Shown in pieces: positions 9,451 to 18,810 of a stretch of DNA of 64,000 nucleotides. The position numbers were made by a program, and so were the translations under genes. Position 1 is the stretch's first letter. Every line of letters begins with the position of its first letter. The DNA comes from an uncultured Alphaproteobacteria bacterium (GTDB lineage: Bacteria > Pseudomonadota > Alphaproteobacteria > RF32 > CAG-239), in assembly GCA_944391705.1 (NCBI GenBank), contig CALXUN010000004.1:13126-77125 (forward strand), read 5' to 3'. Below the pieces are notes generated by a model that saw nothing but the letters and a program-made list of their open reading frames with translations, was not told the origin of the DNA and searched no databases.

Positions 9451-10605
9451 ATGAAACAACATCTGATAGCTTTGGTTGATTGCGATTCTTTTTTTGTATC
9501 CTGCGAACGGGTAGACAATCCTGCCCTTTGCGGAAAACCTGTCTGCGTCATGACCGGCGGCGGCAGCAAAGGAATTATTGTTTCCCGCTCTAAAGAAGCC
9601 AAAGCTTTGGGCATTAAAATGGGAGCACCGTATTTTCAAGTACAAAAAACGCACCCGCAGGCGATATGCCTGCCGGCACGCCACCGTCGTTACAGCGAAA
9701 TTTCACATCAGGTCATGAACACGCTTAGAAGCTTTACGCCGGATGTCGAAGAAGTTTCAATCGATGAAGCTTATGTTGATTTAACCGGGTTAGATGCCGT
9801 TTATAAAATTTCATATCAGGAATTAATTAAAAAAATCCGGCAAACCGTATGGCAAAAAAACAAAATACCGGTTTCCGTTGGTTTAAGCACATCAAAAACT
9901 TTGGCCAAACTGGCCAGCGATAAAGCCAAATCTGCCGGCGGAATTTATATCATCCGGCCGGAAGAAATATTAGAAAGCATCGGTAATGATAATATAAATG
10001 AAATTTGCGGCATCGGCCGTTGTAACAGCCAAAACCTCGGGTTTAACGGTATTTTTACCGTCAAGGATTTTTTAGCTCAGGATAATGCCTGGATAAAAAT
10101 GGCCTTAGGCATTCGCGGTCTTAATTTAAAATTCGAATTATCCGGATTGGCTGTTTCACCGGTTGACACCACCTTGCAGGCACCACAATCCATACAAGAT
10201 ACAAAATCGTTTACGGATTTTTCCGATAATTTAGAATTTTTACAGGCCGAGCTCGGAATTCATGCCCATAATGCCGCCCAAAAATTAAGACACTGGAACG
10301 GATTTTGTGCCGAAGTCGGCGTTTTGTTGCGTACCAAAGATTTCAAAACATCTATACTTTTTACCAAACTTCCGGCAACAAATTCCGATTTTGCCATAAA
10401 AACCGCCGCAACAGAATTATTAAAACACCTTTACAAAACCAAAACGCTTTATCGCAGCATCGGAATAGAACTAAGAAAATTATCATATAATGAAACCCAG
10501 CAATCTTTATTTAAAAACTTACGCCGCGAAGATGACAAGCTTTCTAAAGTTGTTGATGAGCTTGAGCAAAAATTCGGCCGCGGCATTGTCAAAATCGGCG
10601 CTTAA
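9451..10605 (+). CDS. dinB: DNA polymerase IV (Y-family)
   Basis: 384 aa. N-terminal ALVDCDSFFVSCE catalytic motif; SIDEAY second acidic motif. Confidence 0.85.
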   Translation: MKQHLIALVDCDSFFVSCERVDNPALCGKPVCVMTGGGSKGIIVSRSKEAKALGIKMGAPYFQVQKTHPQAICLPARHRRYSEISHQVMNTLRSFTPDVEEVSIDEAYVDLTGLDAVYKISYQELIKKIRQTVWQKNKIPVSVGLSTSKTLAKLASDKAKSAGGIYIIRPEEILESIGNDNINEICGIGRCNSQNLGFNGIFTVKDFLAQDNAWIKMALGIRGLNLKFELSGLAVSPVDTTLQAPQSIQDTKSFTDFSDNLEFLQAELGIHAHNAAQKLRHWNGFCAEVGVLLRTKDFKTSILFTKLPATNSDFAIKTAATELLKHLYKTKTLYRSIGIELRKLSYNETQQSLFKNLRREDDKLSKVVDELEQKFGRGIVKIGA

Positions 10606-10671
10606 AAATTTGACAGGTTTGAAATTTCAGATTACTATCTGCTGATAATATGTCATTTAAGGGAAAAGATT

Positions 10672-11115
10672 ATGAAAGAAGCCAGTTTATCCATTATTGA
10701 AGATACAAAAAATCACAAATTTTTGATGATTCGCCACCACCGCGGCATCAACAAAGGGTGTATCAACTTTCCGGGCGGTAAACGTGAAAACGGTGAAAGT
10801 ATGGAAGACTGCGTCCGGCGTGAAACCTTGGAAGAAACAGGCTTAACAATCTTAAATCCGGTCAAAGTCGGTTATGTTGAGTTCCCGCGTTTTGATTATT
10901 ATGTACATATATACAAAAGCACAAAATTTAGCGGCGAAGTCCATGCCAAACAAGACGAGGTTGAAACTTTTTGGCAGGATGCTTCTAAAATCCCCTATGA
11001 ACAAATGCGTGCGGCCGACCGTGATTTTCTGCCCGACGTCTTAGCCGGTATCCCGGTCAACCGCCGCTACATCTATGATGATGATTTTAAATTACTGGAT
11101 GTCATAAATTTATAA
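10672..11115 (+). CDS. NUDIX hydrolase (MutT-like)
   Basis: Nudix box GGKxExGESxEDCxxRETxEETG. Confidence 0.8.
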   Translation: MKEASLSIIEDTKNHKFLMIRHHRGINKGCINFPGGKRENGESMEDCVRRETLEETGLTILNPVKVGYVEFPRFDYYVHIYKSTKFSGEVHAKQDEVETFWQDASKIPYEQMRAADRDFLPDVLAGIPVNRRYIYDDDFKLLDVINL

Positions 11116-11166
11116 ACTTCATTAAAAAAAGCTTGTTTTCCACATACAAACATGATATAAAGACAA

Positions 11167-11370
11167 GTGTTTAATAATTATTTTTATATGAAAAAGATTG
11201 AAATAATATGCCTTAGTATGGCTGCAGTTGCCATTATCCTGTTTTGGGTATTTGGCTTTAACGGAAAAATGAACTTAGCGCAGGTTTCATTGATTGTTGC
11301 CGGTGGTAGTTGTTGGTTTGTATTAATTTCCTACTTTATCAACTGGCTGCGCAACCGATGGCTTGTTTAA
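11167..11370 (+). CDS. Small membrane protein (67 aa, two TM segments)
   Basis: Hydrophobic ORF followed by a strong terminator (acagcccttcaaacaaagggctgtttttt at 11381..11415). Confidence 0.4.
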   Translation: MFNNYFYMKKIEIICLSMAAVAIILFWVFGFNGKMNLAQVSLIVAGGSCWFVLISYFINWLRNRWLV

Positions 11371-11537
11371 CGCACCATCAAAAAAACAGCCCTTCAAACA
11401 AAGGGCTGTTTTTTACACCCAAACAACGCCATGTTCTTCAAAGTAAAACATTGTGATTTTTTCCCTTAAAAGTTGACATTTGAATAAATGGTTTTATACT
11501 TAAATTAATTTTCACACTCACATATAAGGAAAACACA

Positions 11538-11975
11538 ATGACGATTAAAAAAATCATACTGATTTCAAGTTTATGTCTGACCATTCTTCCATTAACATCT
11601 GTGCAGGCCCGCAACATTCGTTACGGCTATAATGCACAAGGCGATTATGTTCCGGTTAAAATTGACGGCCGGCGTGTCCGCTACGGCTATAATGCACAAG
11701 GCGATTATGTCGCCAAATCAATCGGCGATGATAACATCAGATACGGCTATAATGCACAAGGCGATTATGTACCGGTTGAAATCAACGGCCGACGCATCCG
11801 CTACGGCTACAATGCACAAGGTGATTATGTCATTAAATCAATCGGCGATGATAACATCGGTTATGGTTACAATGCACAAGGCGATTATGTCATTAAATCA
11901 ATCGGTGATAATAACATCGGTTATGGTTACAATGCGAAAGGCGATTTTGTTCCCACTTCCTTTGGCAGGTTTTAA
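11538..11975 (+). CDS. Secreted repeat protein, 6 x 20-aa RYGYNAQGDYV-containing repeats
   Basis: AAGGAAA RBS, a 24-aa signal peptide, then six tandem 20-aa units alternating between two subtypes; terminator downstream. Confidence 0.65.
   Translation: MTIKKIILISSLCLTILPLTSVQARNIRYGYNAQGDYVPVKIDGRRVRYGYNAQGDYVAKSIGDDNIRYGYNAQGDYVPVEINGRRIRYGYNAQGDYVIKSIGDDNIGYGYNAQGDYVIKSIGDNNIGYGYNAKGDFVPTSFGRF
11619..11972 (+). repeat. Tandem repeat, 60-bp period x ~6 (higher-order 120-bp A/B alternation), coding
   Basis: Units share near-identical stretches such as ctacggctataatgcacaaggcgattatgt. Confidence 0.85.
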
Positions 11976-12027
11976 GACAAATGACTGAATACGAAAAAGC
12001 CCGTCCTTAAAAGGACGGGCTTTACTT

Positions 12028-12046
12028 TGGCTCCGACTATCTGATT
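12028..12046 (-). repeat. Orphan 19-nt copy of the tRNA-Asn 3' end (att-like direct repeat)
   Basis: tggctccgactatctgatt is identical to 12275..12293 (3' acceptor/T-stem of tRNA-Asn) and follows a terminator. Confidence 0.7.
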
Positions 12047-12274
12047 GGGTACTCCCGCCGGAAAACTGATTTTTTTAATTTGTATATCCTGCAACGGCGG
12101 GTCCTCCTCGCGTCGTAAGGTTCAAACGTCGCATTTCGCCAAGCGATTTGCTAGGCTCAACGCTCGTTTTCACCAACTTCCCGCTCCGAACAGATGACCA
12201 TCGGTCATCTGTTCAAATCAGTTCCGAACGCACATGCAAAAAGCCCATCCTTTTTCAAGGATGGGCTTTATTTT
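12047..12274. repeat. 230-bp remnant segment between tRNA-Asn and its 3'-end duplicate; contains a GC-rich insert-family sequence and a 28-bp palindrome
   Basis: GC-rich stretch 12047..12180; palindrome gaacagatgaccatcggtcatctgttc (12188..12214) built from T-arm sequence; second terminator 12240..12270. Confidence 0.55.
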
Positions 12275-12349
12275 TGGCTCCGACTATCTGATTCGAACAG
12301 ATGACCGATCGGTTAACAGCCGATTGCTCTACCGCTGAGCTAAGTCGGA
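12275..12349 (-). tRNA. tRNA-Asn (GTT)
   Basis: Hand-folded cloverleaf: acceptor tccgact/agtcgga, D arm tagctcagcggtagagc, anticodon loop ctGTTaa, T-loop ttcgaat, discriminator G, CCA encoded. Confidence 0.8.
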
Positions 12350-12355
12350 ATAATC

Positions 12356-12430
12356 TGGAGGCCGGTACCGGAATCGAACCGATATAAAAGGATTTGCAGT
12401 CCTCTGCATAAGCCATTCTGCCAACCGGCC
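12356..12430 (-). tRNA. tRNA-Cys (GCA)
   Basis: Acceptor ggccggt/accggcc, anticodon loop ctGCAaa, T-loop ttcgatt, discriminator U (typical of Cys), CCA encoded. Confidence 0.8.
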
Positions 12431-12607
12431 CTTACTGGTACCAAACTCAATCGGTGATTTACATATATACAAATATTTTTGCCGGCGTCAATACTTTTTT
12501 TAACATAAAGTGCATTTTTTTTGCATAGATATAAAAAAACTCTTTTTTTCAAGGCAAAAGTATTGTCTACTAAGCGCAAGATATTTACCTTGGGAGCATA
12601 AAACAAA

Positions 12608-13042
12608 ATGAAAATAGCTATTGCCTCCGACCACGGCGGTTTTGAGATGAAACAGGCTTTGATTGAATATTTTTCAAAAAAAGGCGTTGCTTTGCAGGAT
12701 TTGGGAACACACGATACCTGTTCGGTAGATTATCCGGATTATGCCGATAAAATGGCTGATTACATTTTATCCGGCCGGGCTGATTTGGGAGTTCTGATTT
12801 GCGGCACCGGAGTCGGTATTTCTATTGCCGCCAACCGTCATAAAGGGATTCGTGCAGCCCTTTTATATAATAAATTTGTAGCCGCCAAAGCCAAAGAACA
12901 TAACAATGCCAACATCATTGTTTTTGGCGGCCGCACCATGAGCATTCCGGAAGTGATTGAATATTGCGAAATTTTCTTAAAATCAACCTATGAAGGCGGC
13001 CGTCACCAACAGCGTCTTGATAAAATGGATAAAGGAGAATAA
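12608..13042 (+). CDS. rpiB: Ribose-5-phosphate isomerase B
   Basis: 144 aa, RpiB/LacAB family (DHGG, GTGVGISIAANR); immediately upstream of glyA. Confidence 0.85.
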   Translation: MKIAIASDHGGFEMKQALIEYFSKKGVALQDLGTHDTCSVDYPDYADKMADYILSGRADLGVLICGTGVGISIAANRHKGIRAALLYNKFVAAKAKEHNNANIIVFGGRTMSIPEVIEYCEIFLKSTYEGGRHQQRLDKMDKGE

Positions 13043-13045
13043 AAA

Positions 13046-14299
13046 ATGGATTTTAGTTTAAATTTAAAAAATGAAGATCCTGAAATTTTTACTGCCATTG
13101 AAAAAGAACAAATCCGGCAGCTTGAGCAAGTGGAACTGATTGCCTCCGAAAATTATGTTTCCAAAGCCGTTATGGAAGCCCAAGGCTCGGTTTTAACCAA
13201 TAAATATGCCGAAGGCTACCCCGGCAGGCGCTATTACCACGGCTGTGAAAATGTTGACATCGTGGAAAATCTGGCCATTTCCCGCGCCAAAGAATTATTT
13301 GGTGCTGCTTATGCCAATGTTCAGCCGCATTCCGGTTCGCAGGCAAACACGGCCGTTTATGTTGCCCTCTTACAACCCGGAGACACCATCTTGGGTATGA
13401 GCCTTGACGCCGGCGGCCACTTAACCCACGGCGCCAAAGTTTCCCTTTCCGGCAAATGGCTCAATGCCGTACAATACGGCGTCCGGGAAGATACCGGCTT
13501 AATTGATTATGATGAAGTTGAATGTTTGGCACTTGACTTCAAACCGAAATTGATTATTGCCGGCGGTTCGGCCTACCCGCGGCAGATTAATTTTTCCCGT
13601 TTCCGTGAAATTGCCGACCGCATCGGCGCATATTTAATGGTGGATATGGCGCATTTTGCCGGTCTGGTTGCCGGCGGCGTTCACCCGAACCCGCTTGAAT
13701 GGGCCGATGTTGTTACCACAACCACTCATAAAACCCTGCGCGGTCCGCGCGGCGGAATGATTTTAACCAACAATACCGACATTGCCAAAAAAATCAATTC
13801 TTCCGTCTTTCCGGGAACTCAGGGCGGGCCGCTGATGCATGTTATTGCCGGCAAAGCGGTTTGTTTTAAAGAAGCGCTAGACAATTCTTTTAAACTTTAT
13901 GCCCGGCAGGTTATCAATAACGCCAAGACCTTGGGCGAAACCTTAAAACAACGCGGCTTAAACCTTGTTTCCGGCGGCACCGACACACACCTTTTGCTGG
14001 TTGACCTCCGCCCGAAAGGCTTAACCGGCGATATCGTGGCTGAAACACTTGAAAAAGCACACATTACCTGCAACAAAAATGCCATTCCTTTTGACCCGAT
14101 GCCGCCAAAAATTACTTCCGGCATCCGGGTAGGAACGCCTGCCGGAACAACGCGTGGCTTTACCGAACGCGAATTTATGCTTATCGGCAACGCCATTGGA
14201 GATATTGTCGATGCCATAGCCGCTAAAAACGCAGAAGAAAGCATTAAAAAAACTGCCGGTGAAATGATTGCACTGTGCCGCCGTTTCCCTGTTTATTAA
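13046..14299 (+). CDS. glyA: Serine hydroxymethyltransferase
   Basis: 417 aa; PLP-lysine motif [14 protein letters not shown] and the canonical SHMT N-terminus. Confidence 0.95.
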   Translation: MDFSLNLKNEDPEIFTAIEKEQIRQLEQVELIASENYVSKAVMEAQGSVLTNKYAEGYPGRRYYHGCENVDIVENLAISRAKELFGAAYANVQPHSGSQANTAVYVALLQPGDTILGMSLDAGGHLTHGAKVSLSGKWLNAVQYGVREDTGLIDYDEVECLALDFKPKLIIAGGSAYPRQINFSRFREIADRIGAYLMVDMAHFAGLVAGGVHPNPLEWADVVTTTTHKTLRGPRGGMILTNNTDIAKKINSSVFPGTQGGPLMHVIAGKAVCFKEALDNSFKLYARQVINNAKTLGETLKQRGLNLVSGGTDTHLLLVDLRPKGLTGDIVAETLEKAHITCNKNAIPFDPMPPKITSGIRVGTPAGTTRGFTEREFMLIGNAIGDIVDAIAAKNAEESIKKTAGEMIALCRRFPVY

Positions 14300-14664
14300 G
14301 ATTTTAAATCTGTCATCTAAGACCGGTAAATTTTAAATTTACCGGCCTTAAATAATAAATAAAAATATTTTTTAATTGAGTTTTTTTCAAAACAGTATAT
14401 ATACATATTATGTATCTTTCAGGTGCCGGCTGTCAGAAGCCGTATATCAGGCGGTGTTAGGATATAACATCGAAAATTGCCGTATTGAATTTTCTGCGGC
14501 AGTAAATATATCCCCGATTATGAAACCTAATCATGGTCGGGGAGCTTTTGATGAATGTTCAGAGTATTTAAAAACTTAAAGATCAAAAGAATCATTTCCT
14601 GATATATGATTTCTGAACTCTCCGACCACCTGTATAAGATGGTTCATTTTTGGGAGAAACACTT

Positions 14665-15516
14665 ATGATAAAAGTTTCAGTTATCATCACTATCCACAAT
14701 GAAGGACTATTTTTACCGGAATGTTTGAACTCAATTTGTCGCCAAAGTTTAAAAGATATCGAAATCATCTGTATTAACGATGCTTCTGAGGATAATTCCG
14801 CAGAAATTTTAAAATATTATGCAGACAAAGACCGCAGAATAAAAATCATCAACCAAAACAATATCGGTCAGGCAGCCTGCCGCAATTGGGGAATTATTGC
14901 TTCTCAGGGCAAATACCTCTGCTTTATTGACGCCGGAGACTGGATTGATCCTTCTTTTTTAGAAAAAATATACAACACGGCAGCCTTAGAAAATGCAGAC
15001 ATTGTATGTGGCAGCATTATGCACATTGACCAGGAAGCGCAAGCTGATACGGTTTTAAAATATACACGGAAACAGACAGCCCAAACGTTGACCCAAAAAT
15101 TTAAGTTATTGCATATGCCGCAAATCAACTATATTTGCAATAAATTATATAAACATGATTTTATTGCCACTCAAGAACTCTGCTTTGATACTGATGATAA
15201 ACTGGCAGACATCAAATGGTGTTCGGAAACAGCTAAAAAAGCCGGAAAAATTATTTCAGTTCCGGGTATATATTATTATCATCGCCAACAAGACATTGAA
15301 ACGACAGCAGATGAACGGGAAATAAAAAAATCAAAAGAGGCCCAGATTGATTTAATTCTAAAAAACAAAATCCGGGTTAAAATCCCTTATGCCAGAAAAA
15401 CCAAAATCAGGGTTTTAGGCTTGCCGATTATTAAAATTTTATCTAACAGTAATTATAAAAGATATTACCTGTTCGGTATTAAAATTTTCGACGTGCGCAG
15501 CACGCGCAAATTTTAA
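14665..15516 (+). CDS. Glycosyltransferase family 2
   Basis: N-terminal VSVIITIHNE...DxS and a DAGD motif. The track ORF begins at TTG 14650; ATG 14665 has a GGGAGAAA RBS. Noticeably AT-rich relative to its neighbours. Confidence 0.7.
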   Translation: MIKVSVIITIHNEGLFLPECLNSICRQSLKDIEIICINDASEDNSAEILKYYADKDRRIKIINQNNIGQAACRNWGIIASQGKYLCFIDAGDWIDPSFLEKIYNTAALENADIVCGSIMHIDQEAQADTVLKYTRKQTAQTLTQKFKLLHMPQINYICNKLYKHDFIATQELCFDTDDKLADIKWCSETAKKAGKIISVPGIYYYHRQQDIETTADEREIKKSKEAQIDLILKNKIRVKIPYARKTKIRVLGLPIIKILSNSNYKRYYLFGIKIFDVRSTRKF

Positions 15517-15520
15517 TCAG

Positions 15521-16351
15521 CTAAAAAGTATATGACTTCAAAAGGCTGATTTCTTCTTTCCAGCCGGAAAGCTCGTTTGGCGTTTCCAGAATAAAGGGAA
15601 TATTTTGAAGTTTCGGATGATTGATGATTTTTATAATTGCTTCAAGCCCGATTGTTCCCTGCCCGATTTTTTCATGCCGGTCTTTACGGCTGGCAAACGG
15701 CATTTTGCTGTCATTTAAGTGGATGGCCTTCAATCGTTCCAAACCGATAATTTTATCAAATTCGCCTAAGACGCCGTCTAAATTATTGACAATATCATAT
15801 CCTGCCGAATAAACATGGCAGGTATCCAGACAAACACCTATTTTTTCAGGCTTATCCGTTCGGTCCATAATCTGCCGGAGTTCTTCAAAACGCGAACCGA
15901 CCTCGCTGCCTTTACCTGACATGGTTTCCAATAAAACAGTCGTTGCCGTCGGAAATTTAAGGATTCGGTTTAAAAGCGAGGCAATCATTTCTATACCCTT
16001 TTCAATCCCCTGCCCGACATGACTTCCGGGATGAAAATTATAATAATTTCCGGGCACATATTCCATACGCTCTAAATCATCTTGAAAAACCATTTCGGCA
16101 AATTCGCGCGTGGAAGGGTTATCCGAACACGGATTTAAAGTATAAGGCGCATGGGCAACAAATTGAACAAAATGATTCTCTTTAGCCAGTTTTAAAAACT
16201 TTTGCACATCCTCAGGATTAATATCTTTTGCACGTCCGCCCTGCGGATTGCGGGTAAAGAACTGAAATGTATCTGCCCCGATTTCAAGAGCATCTTTCCC
16301 CATGGCCAGAAAACCTTTGGCCGATGACAAGTGCGAACCGATATGTAACAT
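15521..16351 (-). CDS. nfo: Endonuclease IV
   Basis: 276 aa; AP endonuclease family 2 motifs ([12 protein letters not shown]). Confidence 0.9.
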   Translation of the reverse strand: MLHIGSHLSSAKGFLAMGKDALEIGADTFQFFTRNPQGGRAKDINPEDVQKFLKLAKENHFVQFVAHAPYTLNPCSDNPSTREFAEMVFQDDLERMEYVPGNYYNFHPGSHVGQGIEKGIEMIASLLNRILKFPTATTVLLETMSGKGSEVGSRFEELRQIMDRTDKPEKIGVCLDTCHVYSAGYDIVNNLDGVLGEFDKIIGLERLKAIHLNDSKMPFASRKDRHEKIGQGTIGLEAIIKIINHPKLQNIPFILETPNELSGWKEEISLLKSYTF

Positions 16352-16504
16352 ATTCTTTTTCCTTTATTAATAAAACGCGATAAAAAATATTATAATGCCC
16401 TGCAAATAATATCCATAAAAATTTGCAACATTTTCAAAAAAACACTTGTTTTAAAAAAATAATGTTGTATTAGTATAGCTACCTCAGACAATAAAATGTC
16501 GTAA

Positions 16505-16581
16505 CGGATTGTAGTTCAGCCTGGTAGAACGCTTCGTTCGGGTCGAAGAGGTCGCTGGTTCGAGTCCAGTCAATCCGACCA
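16505..16581 (+). tRNA. tRNA-Pro (CGG)
   Basis: Acceptor cggattg/caatccg, anticodon loop ttCGGgt with G37, T-loop ttcgagt, discriminator A, CCA encoded. Confidence 0.8.
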
Positions 16582-16584
16582 AAT

Positions 16585-16613
16585 AAAAAAGCCGCCTTTA
16601 CGGCGGTTTTTTT
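16585..16613 (+). terminator. Rho-independent terminator after tRNA-Pro(CGG)
   Basis: gccgcctttacggcgg hairpin followed by a T7 run. Confidence 0.7.
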
Positions 16614-16619
16614 ATGTGG

Positions 16620-16815
16620 TATGAAAATGGGAGAAGAACCAGCGACCTCGATAGAGGCTCGAGGATAAAAACAACCGGAGTAGCGGTTGTTTTTACCGCA
16701 AGAGGCGCCGTTTTGTTATTTGAGTGAGACGAGCGACAGCCGGCGAAACGAAATCTACAAAACAAGTGACCGACGCGCGGTTAGTGAGCGTCTAGCGAAC
16801 TTACCAAGCGAGAGA
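16620..16815. repeat. GC-rich insert-family segment; carries an inverted partial tRNA-Pro T-arm copy at 16631..16650
   Basis: Shares gcgacagc / ttagtgagcg / cgaac motifs with 6257..6451. Composition contrasts with the AT-rich flanks. Confidence 0.55.
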
Positions 16816-16840
16816 GGTTCGAGTCCAGTCAATCCGACCA
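16816..16840 (+). repeat. 25-nt exact copy of the tRNA-Pro(CGG) 3' end (att-like direct repeat) followed by its own terminator
   Basis: ggttcgagtccagtcaatccgacca equals 16557..16581; terminator aaagcctgtcttttagacaggttttttt at 16849..16877. Confidence 0.8.
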
Positions 16841-16994
16841 TCAAACATAAAGCCTGTCTTTTAGACAGGTTTTTTTGTTTGATAATTGCGTTAGCAATGG
16901 ACACGAACCAGCGAACGCTGGTTTGACTACAAGCGAAAGGCGGGCGGCAGAACGCCGGTCGGCTGATAAGCCGATGAGCGTAGTGAACGAAGTA

Positions 16995-17006
16995 GTCCAG
17001 TCAATA
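16995..17006 (+). repeat. Third, degenerate tRNA-Pro 3'-end fragment (agtccagtcaat) followed by a terminator
   Basis: 12-nt match to the T-stem/acceptor region; terminator aaaaacctgtctttttagacaggttttttt at 17018..17047. Confidence 0.5.
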
Positions 17007-17046
17007 AGGACCAAATAAAAAACCTGTCTTTTTAGACAGGTTTTTT

Positions 17047-17661
17047 TCATACTTGCTGACGTTTCCGGTATTCAGCACAAAGCAGCTCATACTCCAAAGC
17101 TTTTAACGGCGAATAAGCATCTTCCAGTTCATCAAACAAAACACTTATCCGGACACTGATCTCCGAAGTTGTCATCTGCGGAATTTTTTCTTTAAGTATG
17201 GCCAATAAATATTCCTGAGCCGCCTTTTCATCCCGACCAGCAGCTGCCGTATAAATAATGACATCCCCGCAGCAAAGCTTATTCAGCGACTTGTTTTTTC
17301 GATAACAAATAATCAAAACAACCATGGTTGACAAACAAACCGCTAACGCCACAATGAAAAAAATTCCAAGCCGGTCCGAACCATAAACCATGGCAAAATA
17401 TAAACAAACAGCCAGACAACCAACAATCAGAATGACAGAAAGGCTCCAGTTCAAAGCAAACTCAATAACGGACTGTCCTTTATCAACCGCTTTAGCCGTC
17501 TTCTCATTCGGAGCAAAAATTACCCACGGAGATTTTATGAAAAAACGATTCCGCATAAAGGTAAACATCATCAGGCCTTTTTCTTCCGGAACAACGCCAA
17601 ATCTGTCTTTAAACCACATAAAAGCGTCCTGCTGCAACTTTTTATTATCCATAATAATCAT
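17047..17661 (-). CDS. Hypothetical membrane protein (204 aa, 2 TM segments)
   Basis: ORF with hydrophobic core segments; no family recognized. Lies between the tRNA-Pro fragments. Confidence 0.45.
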   Translation of the reverse strand: MIIMDNKKLQQDAFMWFKDRFGVVPEEKGLMMFTFMRNRFFIKSPWVIFAPNEKTAKAVDKGQSVIEFALNWSLSVILIVGCLAVCLYFAMVYGSDRLGIFFIVALAVCLSTMVVLIICYRKNKSLNKLCCGDVIIYTAAAGRDEKAAQEYLLAILKEKIPQMTTSEISVRISVLFDELEDAYSPLKALEYELLCAEYRKRQQV

Positions 17662-17830
17662 AATTTAATTGTTCGACATAATCATAAAATTTAACCGTAC
17701 AATACAAAAAACATGCAGAATTTGCAACATTTTTCTCAAACCCCAAATTTATATTTACATTTTATACAAACCCGGTTAAATTATTTTTCGAAAGCAAATC
17801 TTTTATGTTTAATTATTAAAACTTATACTT

Positions 17831-18055
17831 ATGGAACAATTCAAACTGATTGTAACGGTATGGGCCGGTTTAACTTGTTTGGTCTGTTTATTCATGCTCT
17901 GGATGTTTCCCCGGCTGGGACAGAAAGAGATATTCTATCTCCCTGATGAGCACCTAAAAAAAACCAAAAAATTTGTTTTAAGATGCCTTTATTTCCTTAT
18001 TTGCTGGTTGCTCATTTTCGTCTGTTTTTGTATGTACTATTATATAAAGTGCTGA
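17831..18055 (+). CDS. Small hydrophobic protein (74 aa)
   Basis: Two TM-like segments; terminator hairpin ccggttgtttataaaaacaaccgg downstream. Confidence 0.3.
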   Translation: MEQFKLIVTVWAGLTCLVCLFMLWMFPRLGQKEIFYLPDEHLKKTKKFVLRCLYFLICWLLIFVCFCMYYYIKC

Positions 18056-18111
18056 AAAATCTTATCCGGTTGTTTATAAAAACAACCGGATAAATTCTAT
18101 ACCGGATTTTA

Positions 18112-18202
18112 CCTTTCGCTGGTAGTCGAACCGTCCCCCGACGGTTCAAATCCGAGCCCCGACATTAAAAAAGAGGCCGCTTCCAGCTGGCCTCTTTTTG
18201 GA
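18112..18202 (+). repeat. 91-bp direct repeat copy 1: degenerate plus-strand tRNA-Pro-like 3' end plus terminator
   Basis: About 90% identical to 18274..18364. Contains gacggttcaaatccg T-arm-like sequence and the terminator gaggccgcttccagctggcctc. Confidence 0.7.
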
Positions 18203-18273
18203 TCAGAACAGGCGGATGACTTCGTTCACTGGCGCTCATCGGCTTATCAGCCGACCGGCGTTCTTCAAGCCCG
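18203..18273. repeat. 71-bp segment that is the inverted complement of 16935..17000
   Basis: cgctcatcggcttatcagccgaccggcgttct...gcccgc is the reverse complement of gcgggcggcagaacgccggtcggctgataagccgatgagcg. Confidence 0.7.
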
Positions 18274-18364
18274 CCTTTCGCTGGTAGTCGAACCGTCTTG
18301 CCGACGGTTCAAATCCGGGCCCCGACATTAAAAAAGAGGCCGCTTCCGGCTGGCCTCTTTTTGG
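18274..18364 (+). repeat. 91-bp direct repeat copy 2
   Basis: See copy 1; its 3' end overlaps the 3' end of the minus-strand tRNA-Pro(TGG). Confidence 0.7.
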
Positions 18365-18438
18365 TCGGGACAGGCGGATTCGAACCGTCGGCATCTTGCT
18401 CCCAAAGCAAGCGCTCTACCAGGCTGAGCTATGTCCCG
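18362..18438 (-). tRNA. tRNA-Pro (TGG)
   Basis: Acceptor cgggaca/tgtcccg, anticodon loop ttTGGga, T-loop ttcgaat, discriminator A, CCA encoded. Confidence 0.8.
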
Positions 18439-18613
18439 TTTATATTCAATATATAAGCCTAATAATTTTCTTCAAAGAGCAAGATGCCTCGGCATCTTTC
18501 TTGCTCCATAAGTTTCGCTTTTTCCAAAGCTCAACAACTCCGCTTCGGTCATAGTTACTGTAACATTCGCTTTGTTCGCTTGCACGCTCACACGCTCTTT
18601 AACCGTAACTACC

Positions 18614-18658
18614 CTGAAACTAAAAAAACTTTTCACCGGAAACTTTTTTTAGTTTCAG
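18614..18658. repeat. Perfect 15-bp-stem inverted repeat (ctgaaactaaaaaaa / tttttttagtttcag) abutting the truncated tRNA half
   Basis: Seen directly; the 15-nt loop is cttttcaccggaaac. Confidence 0.7.
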
Positions 18659-18698
18659 CCCAAAGCAAGCGCTCTGACCTAAGCTGAGCTATGTCCCG
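18659..18698 (-). pseudogene. Truncated tRNA-Pro 5' half (acceptor through anticodon loop TTGGG), pseudo-tRNA
   Basis: The first 40 nt match the tRNA-Pro(TGG/GGG) genes, then the sequence diverges into an inverted repeat. Diverged partial 3'-half anticodon-stem copies (gagcaaga..gatgcc..) at 18476..18508. Confidence 0.55.
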
Positions 18699-18733
18699 TT
18701 TTTAACTTTGCAAAATAATATTTTTGATTTTTA

Positions 18734-18810
18734 TGGTCGGGACGAGAGGATTCGAACCTCCGACTTCTTGCACCCCATGCAAGCGCTCTACCAGGCTGAA
18801 CTACGTCCCG
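18734..18810 (-). tRNA. tRNA-Pro (GGG)
   Basis: Acceptor cgggacg/cgtcccg, anticodon loop atGGGgt, T-loop ttcgaat, discriminator A, CCA encoded. Confidence 0.8.

Noticed and set aside
11619-11972. Possible CRISPR array because of regularly spaced repeats
   Set aside because: The repeats are contiguous (no spacers), sit in-frame within a secreted protein, and there are no cas genes.
11632-11988. 118-aa ORF in an alternative frame of the tandem-repeat gene (MHKAIM repeats)
   Set aside because: A frame artefact of the 60-bp repeats; the 11538..11975 frame has the RBS, the signal peptide and the terminator.
18476-18560. Possible intron or permuted tRNA organization (3' anticodon-stem fragment upstream of the tRNA-Pro 5' half)
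   Set aside because: The fragments diverge immediately into palindromes and never rejoin a T-arm, so they are better explained as recombination debris than as a split or permuted functional tRNA.
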